NCBI GenBank assembly: GCA_963575745.1
Contig: CAUYUJ010000002.1
Location: forward strand, 1,116,001 to 1,180,000
DNA length: 64,000 nt
Source of the DNA: Prorocentrum cordatum
Taxonomy: Eukaryota
Direction: 5' to 3'
Below are positions 27,253 to 44,694 of the stretch, piece by piece. The position numbers were made by a program, and so were the translations under genes. How positions within the stretch are numbered: position 1 is the first letter of the stretch; the number at the start of each line of letters is the position of its first letter. The notes beneath the pieces were generated by a model. That model did not search any database and was not told where the DNA came from. It worked only from the letters and a program-made list of their open reading frames with translations.

Positions 27253-28375
27253 TCATGCGATCGCAGCCATGCATCGCAACACAGCGATCGCGTTGCAGAG
27301 GTCTGCGTCATCAAACAGGGGGCCGCAGTCCATTGCCAGCACACTGTCACAGTTTACATTTCCATCGCCAGGGATATGTGCAGCGCCAGGGTGCATCCTC
27401 CAGTTCTCGCGGTATACCGCGGCGACGCCGTGGCCGAACGCCATCGGATACGATTGCGTACTCTTGAGGCCTGGGCCGCCGTCTACACAGCGGCGCCCAT
27501 CACTGCGCACATAAGTAATCACGATATCACCGGTGCTTTCTGGAAGCCAGCTCTGGGCGCGGTACCACCACAACATGTTTTGAAACCAAGGAACTGCACT
27601 GTATACATAGATTGGCTTGGCGGTAGCAGCACCGAAGTACCCCAAGCACTCCCGCACTTGGTAAATAGGGGCGCGCGTGAGGAGCTCTTGGAACTTACAG
27701 TACCTCTCCATCAAATAGTCGGTGGGTTGCTCGAGCGCCACAACCACTCCGCGCGCCTGCAGGATCCGCGCCCACGCGAACGTGGCTACCAGGCACGCTA
27801 TGGGTCAGGATGGTTCGTTGCATGCAATCACGACCAGGGCCACGCGATTGGGGCGTTTTGGACCATGGGGCACATGGGATGTTCTGGAGCTGGGTCGAGG
27901 CGTCAGCCGTGGCCATCCAGATTAGGAGCACGCATCGGGACACCATCTCATTCCCATAAATTACAGACGCACTTGGCAGAAGGCCGCCCGGATGGGCAAG
28001 TGATCGGTGCGTGGGCCCAGTTGCCGCCCGTACCCAGCTGGAGCAAAGCGGGGCGAACCAGCAAAAGCCGCGGGCACGAATGCGCAAACATAGTACCAAG
28101 GCGAACAGGACCCCAACATCGCTATTGATATCTTGAGACGCCCCGTTGTCGATGTCGAAGGTGGTTCCCACGAACCCGTTGGACAAGAAGCCATTCGCGA
28201 TGGCTGCCACTCCAGCGAAGACCTCGAGAAAGTCGAGGTCGGTGTAGCACCGCCCCGCGAGACCAGCACTGTACACGAGGATGACCAGCTGACAGGCAAC
28301 AATGGGGGCACCGAGCGCCATCAGGCGCGACACTAGGAGAGCTAAATCTTGCGCGTCCTCAGCTGAGAGTGGCAT
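27253..28375 (-). CDS. C5 cytosine DNA methyltransferase-like protein, 2 exons (28375-27908, 27756-27253), 323 aa, apparently intact
   Basis: Motifs in canonical order: FLEVFAGVAAI (I), TFDI (II), QDI (III), WFAPLCSSW (IV, catalytic Cys), LEQP (VI), AKP (VIII), QSYPMAFG (X). A GC...CAG intron at 27907-27757 joins the two ORFs in frame. Confidence 0.78.
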
Positions 28376-28424
28376 GGCTGCTCGCTTGGACCGCATCCAA
28401 CGCCTACGGTGGGCCGAGACCTTA

Positions 28425-28795
28425 CCCTGTGGGACCGTTATGCTTACCCTATGGGGCCGTGCCCTATAGGACTTTTTGCTAGGGGGCCTTACCTTATGGG
28501 ACCATACCATATGGTACATTATGCTTACCCTATGGGACCTTAATATGTGGGACCTTACCCTACGTGACCCTATGCCTACCCTATGGGATCTTACCCTATG
28601 GGAGCTTATGCTTGCACTTCAAGGCCCTCGCCCTGCGGGGCATGTGGGACCTTGCCCTATGGGGCCATACTTATCCTATGGGGTCCTATGGAGTCCTGTG
28701 GGTACCCTATGGGGCCCTATGGGGCCCTATGGGAATTCATGCGTACCCTGTGGGGTCCTATGGGTGGCGTTCCAGGTCGCGATGGGACCTGATGC
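28425..28795 (+). repeat. degenerate ACCCTATGGG minisatellite immediately upstream of the methyltransferase-like gene
   Basis: Many CCCTATGGG/CCTATGG variants over ~370 bp. Confidence 0.75.
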
Positions 28796-30349
28796 TTGCG
28801 CTGCAGGGGCGAGACCAGCGGACCTAAGCAACCCCTGCGAGATTAGACCTACCTCGCGAGAGTCCGTAAGCGAAATAAGTATCCCATGCTCGTCCTTCAC
28901 CACCCACGTCCCCTTCCGTTTCCTCCTTATCCCGATCCCCCATCGCTATCCCGCCCCCCCGCTCTTCCCCCTTATCCCGCTCCTCCCTCATCATCCTGCC
29001 CCCCCCACTTATCCCGCCCCCCCCCTCCCCATCCTTCTCCTCCTCATCCCGCTATCCTCCTTATCCCGCCCCCCCTCTTGCAGACCCCCCGGCAGCCGCG
29101 GATGGTCCTCGTCGCTGTCTCTTGGGGCCCCGCGCCACGGGCACCAGCGCAGCGTCACCTGCGCGCGGCGGCGGGGGGCAGCGGGGGCGGGGGCAGGGGG
29201 GGGGGGGGGAGGGCGAGGGCTGTGGCCCCGACACTTCCCTCGGGACAAAATCTTCACCCGAATCGTTTTAGAGGGCCCCAGGGCTTTTTGATTGCCCCCC
29301 CGGGCCCGCGATCCCAGGGCCCGACAACGCCCCGACAAAACGCCCCGAGGCTCCTAACTTCGCGCTTCGCGCCGCGCGAAGCGCGAACAACTTCGCGCCC
29401 TCGCGCCGCCCCCACAGGGGGGGATATGAGGGCGAGGATGAGGGGGAAATAAAGGAGGCCCGCGAAACGCGAAGGGCGAATAACTTCGCGCACTCGCGGG
29501 AGCCCTCGACACCATATGGAGGGGGCAGTGGAGAGGGCAGCGTAGGGCAGTGGAGAGGGCAGTGGAGCGGAGCGGCCCTTTTCATTCTCTCTCCTTCTCT
29601 TCCTCCTATTCCTCATTCTCCTTCTTATCCATGCCGCCCTCGCTCCCCCTGCTCGCCCCCCCCTTGACCCTATCTCTATCCCTATCATTGCCATTATCCT
29701 TATCGCGTCCCTATCCGTATCCCCATCCTTATCGAGCGCTTTCTGCGCGTGCGCGCGCGGCCGCCCTGATCTGGGCCGGGGCGCCTCTCTCGCGCTCGGG
29801 CGGCGCGGCCAAGGCTTGCTCTCGGCGCGGCGGCGGCCGCGGCGAGGAAGATGGGGATTGGCGAAAGAGGAGGATGGAGGAGGACGGAAGTGGAAGGCGA
29901 GGAGGAAGAGGGGGAAAGAAAAGGGCGAGGAGGGGGGGCGGTGGATTCAAAGAACAGTGGAGCGCGAGCATGGGCGAGGGAAGGTCCGGGAACGGGGGGC
30001 CCATAGGCCCTCGCGGCGGTCGGCGCCCCCGCCCCGGCCCGGCGGGGCCTGGCGCGCCCGCGCGCGACAGCGCGCCACCAACTGCGAAAATGGAAAAGGG
30101 GAAAAGGGGGGAGGGAAGGTAAAGGAAACAACCCTAGCACTTGCGCGGCAGCAGTGCGCCGCCTTGCCGCGGCTTGCCCCGCGGCAGCAAGGGCGCTCAG
30201 CGCCGCCCAACGTGAAAACAAAAACAAAACGCAAGCTCGGGGCCAGCACAGCCAAAGGATATCTTCGCGCCTCGCGCTTCGCAGGAATGTTTCATCTGAG
30301 CGGTCGTCATCGCGCTCTCACTATGTATGTCTAGAGTGGCGCGGGGCTG

Positions 30350-35695
<5,346 letters not shown>

Positions 35696-36138
35696 CTTCT
35701 CGAGCCTGAATCTCACGAGGCACCGGGCCGAGACGAGAGGATGACGAGAGGAGGAGGAGAGGATGACGACAGGATGACGAGGGGGACGGGGGGAGAGGGG
35801 GAGGGGGAGGAGAGGGCGGCAAGGCAAACTAGGTGCGCTCGCGCCACATCTGGCATCTCACGCCTCCCTCCCATCCTTTCCCTAGCGTGGGTTGGAGTGT
35901 ACCTGCTGGAGCGGGTCGGCGGTCGGCTCACACCCCCACTACCTGCTGGAGCGGGTCGGCGATAGATCGCGTAGAGTAGAGTAGAGTAGAGTCGTAGAGT
36001 CAAACCCACTACCTGCTGGAGCGGGCTGGCGGTCGGATACGAATACTACTTCCCTCTCTCCCCTGATTCTGTCTGGAAGATCTTCGGCTCTCGAGTCGAG
36101 TAGAACAGATTTTTTTTTGGGGGGGCGGGCGAGGGGGA

Positions 36139-36169
<31 letters not shown>

Positions 36170-36565
36170 GAGGAGGAGGAGGAGCGGGAGGAGGACGAGG
36201 AGGAGGAGGAGGATCGAGAGGATCAGGAGGAGACGACGGAGGAAAAGGAGGAAGAGAGAAGGAGGATATTCCGAGGTTCCGAGTCCTTCCCCAGCCCAAG
36301 CTCCGCCTGGTGGATGGCCACCGCCATGGCTCCCTCCGCCTTGCAAGCCCCTGAAGCCCGAATGGCTGTTGCTCCTCTCCTTGTCCACCTCCTCCTCCTC
36401 CTCTTCCCCCCTCCTCCTCCTACTCTCCCTCGTTCTCCCCCCGCTCCTCCTTCTCCTCCCCCCTCTTTTTTCTTTCCCATGATCCTCCTCCCCCCCTTCC
36501 GCCTCATCCCCCTCGCCCCCCTCCTCCTTTGCATCGTCTCGTCGTCATCAGCTCAACTATCGGCT

Positions 36566-36606
<41 letters not shown>

Positions 36607-37368
36607 TCGTCGTCATCGTCGTCGTCGTCGCGGGCGCCCCCTCGGGCGCGCGCGCGCGTCCACCCGGGCGCGCCATCCGCGCGAAGGCGTCTTTGCTGCC
36701 GTCGTACTTGTTGTAGAGCGTATCGCCCTGCACTCCCGCGGGGGTCGTCGTCGTCGTCGTCCCCAGACATCAGACAGCCCTAAAAAAACCAATGCCGCCC
36801 AGAACGTCATGGTTTTTAACCAAGACAAAGCAGAAAAACCAAGACATTGCAAAAAAAACCGAGACAATTGTAGTTCTGGTGATATAGCGTGTATGTTGTC
36901 GTTGGTTCGTTGTGAAGATGTTGTGTGTATGTAGACAGCTTTTCTATTATATGTAAGCGTCCAACAACAGACTGTTGTTGCAACCGCGTGCGTTGTGAGC
37001 TAGGAGCTGCGTCGTTGGGCGTTGGTAGTAACGCCTCTGCGTCTCAAGGGTACCGGAGCACAGGCGGAAGCCTAGAGGATAGTTTGGCGAGTCAGGGCTG
37101 GGGGGCAGTGCGGACAGAGAATCCACCAGATACGTAAACATGCGGGATGACGATGATTGTTTAAGCAAGGCAAACAGTTCTGGATCATCGTAAAAATGCA
37201 CGCGCGTACGCGACATATGCGTTGCAACAACAACGCAATCTCTTCTCATCCTGGGATGGAAGCTTCGCCCCGAAGGGCGGTGCCCCGAAGGGCGACCGCA
37301 TGTAGAAAAATATGGGCCAGGAGCGACGAGTCTTATTGTTCCTGGCTCTCGTTCCCTCTCTCTCGCTT

Positions 37369-37440
<72 letters not shown>

Positions 37441-37443
37441 CTG

Positions 37444-37509
<66 letters not shown>

Positions 37510-38202
37510 CAGTTTTGCACTGTAGCACGCAAGTGTGTAGGGCACCGCTCTCGGACGGGAACGTGCAGGGGCACCGTTCTCGGAAATGTCAAAGGCCTGC
37601 AGCCGGCGCCGCCAGGGGCCCGAGGCCTGAGAAGAAACGCGACCCCAAATCAGCAGGGCGGTGAAACAGCCCACGGTGGTGAAACATAAGGGTGGTGGAA
37701 CACACATCATATTTGTATATATACACATGAATACAACTGTATGCGTACGTATATGTTAAATGTATGGCAGTGTGTTTGTGTTCATGTATGTGTTGGCGTT
37801 GTTATTTACGGTGCTACATTATTATCACACGGTTCCCTATCCATTTTCCAATTATCCTTGCAATCGTTGCCAGGGAAACACCTGCAAAGCGGAAGTCGAG
37901 CAGAAGGGTTGGCGGCGGTGGTCTTCCCCGCCACCGAAAACACACAATAACGCAATCTGTGTCCACCTCTATTCGCCAAGTATGTTCGGATCCTTCTCCG
38001 TAGTCATCGGGAAATTCGACATGGAATTGTCGAATGCGGTGCCGTGCACGCAACAAAACAAACAACGCAATTTCTATTCATCACCTCCCCTACTTGTCCT
38101 CCTTCTGCCTTGAATTCCTCCCTTTTCCCTCCCTGATTTTCCCAATATCACCCTCAGGAAGGATGGAAATGCATAACGCGCGGTGGCGACGCTGTAAGTA
38201 TT

Positions 38203-38385
38203 CCCAGACATTGAGCGTCTCGAAAAAAAACAAACAGAGGTGTTACATAGTTTTTGGCCTCTCGGGGCCCTCGCTGGGCGTCGGGACCGTCAAAAAACCA
38301 CTCGGGATGAAAAACTAATCCCAGGGAAGTGGTCGGGAGGTCGGGGGCCCGCGTCTCGAAAAAATTGAGACGTCGGATGTCTGGG
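38203..38385. mobile_element. 183-bp MITE-like element with CCCAGACAT/ATGTCTGGG ends and 2-bp TT duplication
   Basis: TT|CCCAGACATTGAGCGTCTCG ... TGAGACGTCGGATGTCTGGG|TT. Confidence 0.65.
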
Positions 38386-38824
38386 TTTCCAATATGCTCA
38401 CCGCGTGCGTGGTGATGCAGCCACGTGGGCTGCATGCGCGCCTGACGCAAAACAACAATCACGCAATCTCTGCTCCTCTTCGGAACGTTAAGTTGGCTAG
38501 AGAAAGCAGCAGCCTGACTGGAAAAAACAGGCGCCCGTTCCGGCGGGGCCAGCCGACAACGCAATCTCTTATCATTACCCCGTCTGAATACTATGCCCCT
38601 GTCCCTTTCCCCCAGGGGACCAAAACAGCGACCACGCATGGAAATTGTTGATGAAATCGTTCAAGCGCACCGTAGTGGCGATCCCAGCAATCTCTGCCAG
38701 GGCAGCAGCAACACAATAGTTGCGAGTGAAACGTTGTGAAACGGTACATAAAGTGCTCTCCACGGAGTCCGTGAGCCCGCGATGGGCGCCGCCTGGGCCA
38801 GGAGGCCATAGGCCCCCTGTGCCC

Positions 38825-38963
38825 TCCACACATCAGGCGTCTCGATCTTTCGAATTGTCATTTGACGGTCCCGAGGGCCTGCACGTGAAATCCCACACCA
38901 ACAAAAATCAGACAATCATGAAATATTGTCGTCTCGATTTTTTCGAGACACCCGATGTGTGGG
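38825..38963. mobile_element. second, related MITE-like element (139 bp)
   Basis: TCCACACATCAGGCGTCTCGA ... TCGAGACACCCGATGTGTGGG. Ends are related to 38203-38385. No clear target duplication. Confidence 0.55.
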
Positions 38964-40099
38964 TACGAGCAACAAACAACGCAATGTATTCTCATCCAAT
39001 TTCCCCTCACAGTCCTTCACTCCTTTCTCCGCTACACACCCTCACCCCTTCTAAACTCGGATTGGGCGATGGGCTTCAACCGTTCACCGTTGCGCAGCAG
39101 CCTGCGCCTGCGTTGCAGCCACTTCGGTGCCAGAGCAGCGAACAACGCAATGTCTTCTCATCTATTGTCCCCCGCTTCCCTCCTCCTCTCCCACATTCCC
39201 GCTTCCCTCCTCCTCCCTCCTCCTCCTCTTCTCATCTAACTCGTAGAAGCAACAAGTAAAATCGATGGCCACGCAGCGCAGCTGCCTCACCGCAGGGGCC
39301 GCCTGGAAGCCGCTCGGGCACTCCAGACCGACAGAGCAAAAACAAAGAACAACGCAATCTCGTCTCCCATCTTTTTTCTCATCCGTAGAAAATCTGCAGC
39401 GCTCAGAATTCGCTCATGCTGGCCTCAAGCACCTGGCTGCCCCGCAGCCGGCGCCCGACGAACAACAAATCAACGCAATCTCCGCTCATCCATTGTGGGC
39501 TACATTTACCCTCCCCTGCCCCCAGGAATGCGAACAACAGCGCAATGTCTTCTCACCGCCAGGAAATACCATGCCAGGGCAATGCTCACGTCGCAAATGG
39601 CACGCGCGCCCCTCGAGGGTGGCCAGCAGCAGCCAACCCGTCGACCATCCAGGTCGCGGGGGTGGAAGAGGTGGCGGGGTGGGTGGGAGAGGTGGATCGA
39701 ATGGGGGTGCTGGAGGGGACGAGGTAGAGGAGGAGTCGGCAAAACAAACAATCTCTTCTGTCAAGCAGCGCAATCTCTTATTCAACTGTTTTTTTTTTGT
39801 GTTGGTGTTGTGTTTCGTTTTGCACATAAGCATTGTTGTTTGTTTGATGTGCTTCTGTATTGCACATATCGTCATTAGTTTGTGTGTGTCGTGATTCGAT
39901 AAGTGCGTTTGGCAGTCAAGTAGCCCCGCTGTTGTTGCAAACCCCTTTCCTTGTTGAGCACATGCGGTGCACAGTAATTTTCTTTTGTCACGAACAGGAG
40001 GTGACGCGCCAAGGGAACAGATTTGAAGAGCCCGCACGCGACGCAAACATTACACGCGTACACGTGCTCAAGATCTTCCCCACCAGAGGCGCACTGCGA

Positions 40100-42145
40100 T
40101 CAGCGCGCCTCGGGCAAGATCTTTTGCAACAGTGTAACGTAGAATGTTGGTCCCGCGTGCACGCTTTTCGCAGCTGTCCCCATGACTCGGTTCTCCTGCT
40201 CGTCCGCATATGTCCAATAAAAAAGGGGGTTGCCCTGGGTACTTGCTCTTTTGGCAAGGTCCCAGGCCACGTGAAACTTATACGTTTCGTGGCCGCCCCA
40301 CGCCTTCCACTCGCGCAGAGCTGTCACGATGTGGTTCTGGAGCTGTGAGAGAGCAACTGGCGGCATTATGCGGGGCGACCGTTTCATGGCGACTTCCATA
40401 TCCACGAGCGCCGAAACTACGCGGCGAAGGTGCCGATGGCCTGCGCCGAGAAAGCGCCAATTCTCATCCGCTAAAATCCGAATGAAAGGCATCAGTCTCC
40501 GCGTTTGTGCAGCTTTCGCCTTCAGGCGGGGGCACGCGCCGCCAGCATTTAGCTGGTTGTACTTTAAACGGTTGATTATTGAATGCTTGCCACGCGGCAC
40601 ACGGCGCATTCTATAATGCGCCTTGAGGCGCCTGCGCAAATGAACCATGTTATCGACCCGCCGCCGCTCCACAGTGGGTGATGGGGGCCCCCAAGCACGC
40701 CTTTTGACGATAATGGGAATGGAGATCGAGGGCAGTACGTCGGATGAGGAGCAATGACCAGAGGATCTCAGAAGTGAGAGGAGCAGGTAGGTTGCGAACT
40801 CGGCATGCGTGCGGGCCCCCGTTCTTCAGCAGATTGCGCAAAATTTGCGTCAATTAGTTTCAGCATGACCTCGCCAGCAACATATTGGCTGATGCCGAGG
40901 TCGAAAACGCGCATACAATCGAGGTGAAGACAATCGACACTAAACCCTCTGATGGTGAACAGCGGGCTCCAGAATTTAATGTTGGAAGTGTTTGCAGCGT
41001 TGAAAAACGTGAGCCAGCCTGGCATATCCACGCCAATGGACCCACCTGTGCCCACGAGGGCGTGCCAATCAAGTAGGTTTTCGTCGCAAATGACGATCCA
41101 CCCCACGGGCAAATGAAGTTCTGGAAACGGCCTTACCAGCGCAAAACCACCATATTTGCGCGAAAGCTCCATGCACCTTAGAAGCCTGCGCAGCTGGGCA
41201 CGACTTTGCACGCACCTTTTGGTCACGCACGCCCCGAGGTCATCATTAAAATCGCTACGCTGGCGGGGGCGCCAAGGGCAGAGGGCCAACGTGCGGGCAA
41301 AATTAAACATATCAGCGCGGGATGCGTTGCAACAAAAACATGGGTGCTGAACGTGCGTCCAATTTGTAAAACCGAAACAAGAAACATATTCTAACAAGTC
41401 TGCGCGATACTCCACGAGAGCGCCATATTTCCCGAAGGGGAGGCCGCGGTGGAGCTCGCGAAGCTCTTGGGAAAAAGGCTTTTGGTTGTGGTCCAGGGAC
41501 GGAAACGCGCCAGCGGCGAGCGCCGAGAATGACCAGGCGATCACCTTTTGTATTACTTGCATCGTGCACCACCCTTTGCACGAGCACTGGCAAAGGTCAG
41601 ATTTTTTAACAGTGCAAATCAAATGTCGTTTTCTGTTGGGATCCACAGCCGAACTCCAATACCAGCAAATAAATGAATCTGTTTTCGAGAACGGAACTCC
41701 GTCTGAGTATAGCGTGAGAGGAACGGTGTCTGCGTGTCCTCTTTCTAAAACAACAGGGTGCGAAGCATGCGTCCCAGGCAAATCATTAATATCAACAGTG
41801 TTGAAATCTGCAGGACGTTGCTCCAGCAGCTCGAAAAACCTCTCGCGTGGTAAGCTGATGGGGGAATCTTTATTCAAGTATCTCGATTCCGTATGTTTGC
41901 TCCACATGGGAACGGCACACGTGTAAAATGATGCAGCACGTCTCTCACCCAGTGCATGCCTAATGTGCTCAGCATAGTGCCCACGACCCGGAGCGCGGGC
42001 TAAGTCTTCAAGGCCAGTGCCCCCTGCAAAACCGCTGGGGTGTTCGCATCTTCCAAATGCAAGGGGAGGGGTGAAAAGGAAGTGTGCAGGGGAGAGGGGG
42101 GATGAGTGGAGGACAGCGATGAGGGAAGAGACAGGGAGAACATAA

Positions 42146-42201
<56 letters not shown>

Positions 42202-43752
42202 TAAAAAGAGGGAGGTGGGGGATGGAAGATGCTATACTCCACGGGGCTGGCCTGCATGAGTGACGTGGTGTGCTAGAATGCACACGTCAGTGGCCGTCCA
42301 GAGGCCACGGCGGTACCTGTCCACCACGTACTCTCGGAGGCCAGATCCGTTGCTTCGGCGGTTCAAACACAGGGCCCTGACAGACGGGATCTAGACGGGA
42401 TTTAAAACCTCATTCGAGGGGAAGGTCACCTTACCGTCCCTTCCTACAAACAGGTTTACATGTGTATACGCACACGTATGTATAGATGTATGTACATACA
42501 TTTGTACATACATACATGTGTATATATATAGATATATATATATGATATATATATATATACATAATCATGTATACGTATATACATATATGTGTATACAGAC
42601 ATACATACACACATACATACATACATACACTCGTATACAAACCACATCCCTCGGACCAGGGCCCTGTGGTTCAACCGCCGACGTGCCCTGGCCTGCAGTA
42701 CCAGGATCGCCACCCCCACTGCCTCCAGCGCCCACACCAGGAGCGCGACGCGCACTGCCTCCAGCGCCCGCACCAGGAGCGCGACCAGCACTGCCTCCAG
42801 CGCCCGCGCGACCCCCTCCACCTCCAGCGTCGGTGGAGAGCAGGGCTGCAGCGGCGCGGGCTGACATGTGTGAACAACGACAACGTATCGTTTGAAACCG
42901 AAACGCTTACGGACAAACCCAGTGAAACCGAACGCTTGAAGTGAACAACCACAACGTATTGTTTGAAACCGAACGCTTCAAGTGAACAGCCACAACTTAT
43001 TGTTTGAAACCATGGTATCCTATCAGTTCTAGCGTCGATGGCCCCAGGATGCGCGCAGTGACGATGCAAGTTCCTTGAACTCCCCTAGCTGGAACTTGTC
43101 CCCACCTGGTCAGCAAAAGCAAGTATGCACAGGTACGCATTGGAACAGCACACATCTTCAAGATGCAGCATGATTGCATTTGATGATGGATGTGGCGAGG
43201 TGTTCAATGATGTCTCCCCCCCCTCCTCCATGCGAGGTATAGAGGCCCCCAGCTCCCAGGGAGGTGTCACCAAACGTTGTTGACCCTGGGACCCCTCTCA
43301 AAAACAGAATTGGCTCCTCCACTCCACGCCTCCATAATATGATGTGCGTATGTCCACTGGCATCCCTTCTCGCCCCTCGTTAGTAGAACTGGGGATGGGT
43401 GATCAGCAACACTTGGAGTGCCCGCGCGAGCGTATTCGGGACGACCCACGTAGCACCATTAACGAACTCAGTGCAGAGCATTCTGCAAGGATGCCTGCAC
43501 CAGTACGGGAGGTGAAGGAAGGAGCGTCAGGGGGTCGGGCGGGAATGGTTGGATGGGGATCGGGCGGGCGAGATGATGCTCCACCAGCTGAGTGCCACGC
43601 CCTCCTCAGACAATCAAGCTGGGAGGGTACTTGCAACCAGGGCGTGTAAACACTACGCGTGGAGGTACACTAAACTTGGAAGGAGGAGAATGATGATGAT
43701 GGTGATGATGATGATGATGATGCTGATGATGATGATGATGATGATGATGATG

Positions 43753-43783
<31 letters not shown>

Positions 43784-44236
43784 GGAGGAGGAGGAGGAGG
43801 AGGAGGACGAGGAGGAGGAGGAGGATGAAGAAGAAGAGGGGGGTAATGTGGCGGAGGAAGACGACTGAAGAAGGGCATGAGGAGGAGACGTGCAATTCTC
43901 GAGAACGCGTCGCTTATTTCGAGCGATGCACGGCGAGCCCCTCCTCGCCTTGCTCGAGCTGTAACGTCGCGCACGTCGCGCGCCAGCAAACTAGGACCGA
44001 TCGGTCCGAAACGTCGGCCTTCGCATGGCCTCGGCCGAACGAGGAAGGGCACCAGGGTCAGAGACGGCCTCGGGCTCTGGGCATGGCCTCGGGCCCCCAA
44101 ACGAAGAAAAGGTTCCAGGGTTAGAGACGGGCCCGCGCATATGGGGGGGTACCCCCCATCCGCGGGCCCGTCTCTGACTGGGACAAGGGGCGTTGAAATG
44201 TTTAGGCGCCCACCCTTCAGAATGGCCGAGAAACAT
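40100..44236 (-). CDS. multi-exon CMC/Plavaka-like DDE transposase B
   Basis: VPLTLYSDGV, LCQCSCKGWCT, EYRADLLE, HPCFCC and HLDCMRVFDLG (41907-40800), then LKAKAAQT, KFH and GNPLFYWTYADE (40672-40100). N-terminal exons LLARDVRDVTARARRG (~43990-43945) and GGTGLEDLARAP (~42023). The start position is uncertain. Confidence 0.8.
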
Positions 44237-44694
44237 GGCCGATGAGCCCCTCGAGGGCTCCCTTACTATCGAGAGGAGGTCTGATCACTCGATCACTGCC
44301 CTCGAAGATATCACCCTCATCTGGAGCTCCTTCCGTCACCCCTCCTTCCGTCACCCCCCCGCCGATTGTTTCATCATTCTCTCTTCCTTTACGGTGATAC
44401 CGGATCCTCCCTCCTCTCGAATTTGTGCTCGGGTCGGGAGGGTGGATCACGGCGGTGCGATCTGCGTGTTGGCCGCGGCGACGGACTGCTGGACAGGGAG
44501 GATCATCTGGTAGAAGCTGTTCGCCTGGAGTCCCCGCCCCCTCTCACGATCCCCTCGACCGTTGCACCCATGGAGGGATCAACGGGATAGGCGATCACGA
44601 GTGGGAGGATCTGTCAATATTGCGTCTTCCGTTGCTTCATCCTCTTCCTGTTCCTCCTCCTCCTCCTCCACTCCCTCCTCATCATTCTCCCTCT

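Larger units (their letters stand above)
37224..39785 (+). repeat. dispersed co-oriented array of ~11 copies of a ~25-nt motif (consensus ACAAACAACGCAATCTCTTCTCATCC) with unique spacers
   Basis: Copies near 37226, 37944, 38058, 38455, 38555, 38972, 39139, 39347, 39468, 39534 and 39765. Confidence 0.8.

Noticed and set aside
37224..39785. CRISPR array interpretation of the motif array
   Set aside because: Repeats are degenerate and non-palindromic, spacers vary about 40-700 bp, no cas genes are present, and the context is eukaryotic.
42660..43010. 39-bp and ~36-bp short tandem repeats with ORFs (VALLVRALEA)n
   Set aside because: Lie within the inferred intron of transposase B and look like ordinary minisatellites.
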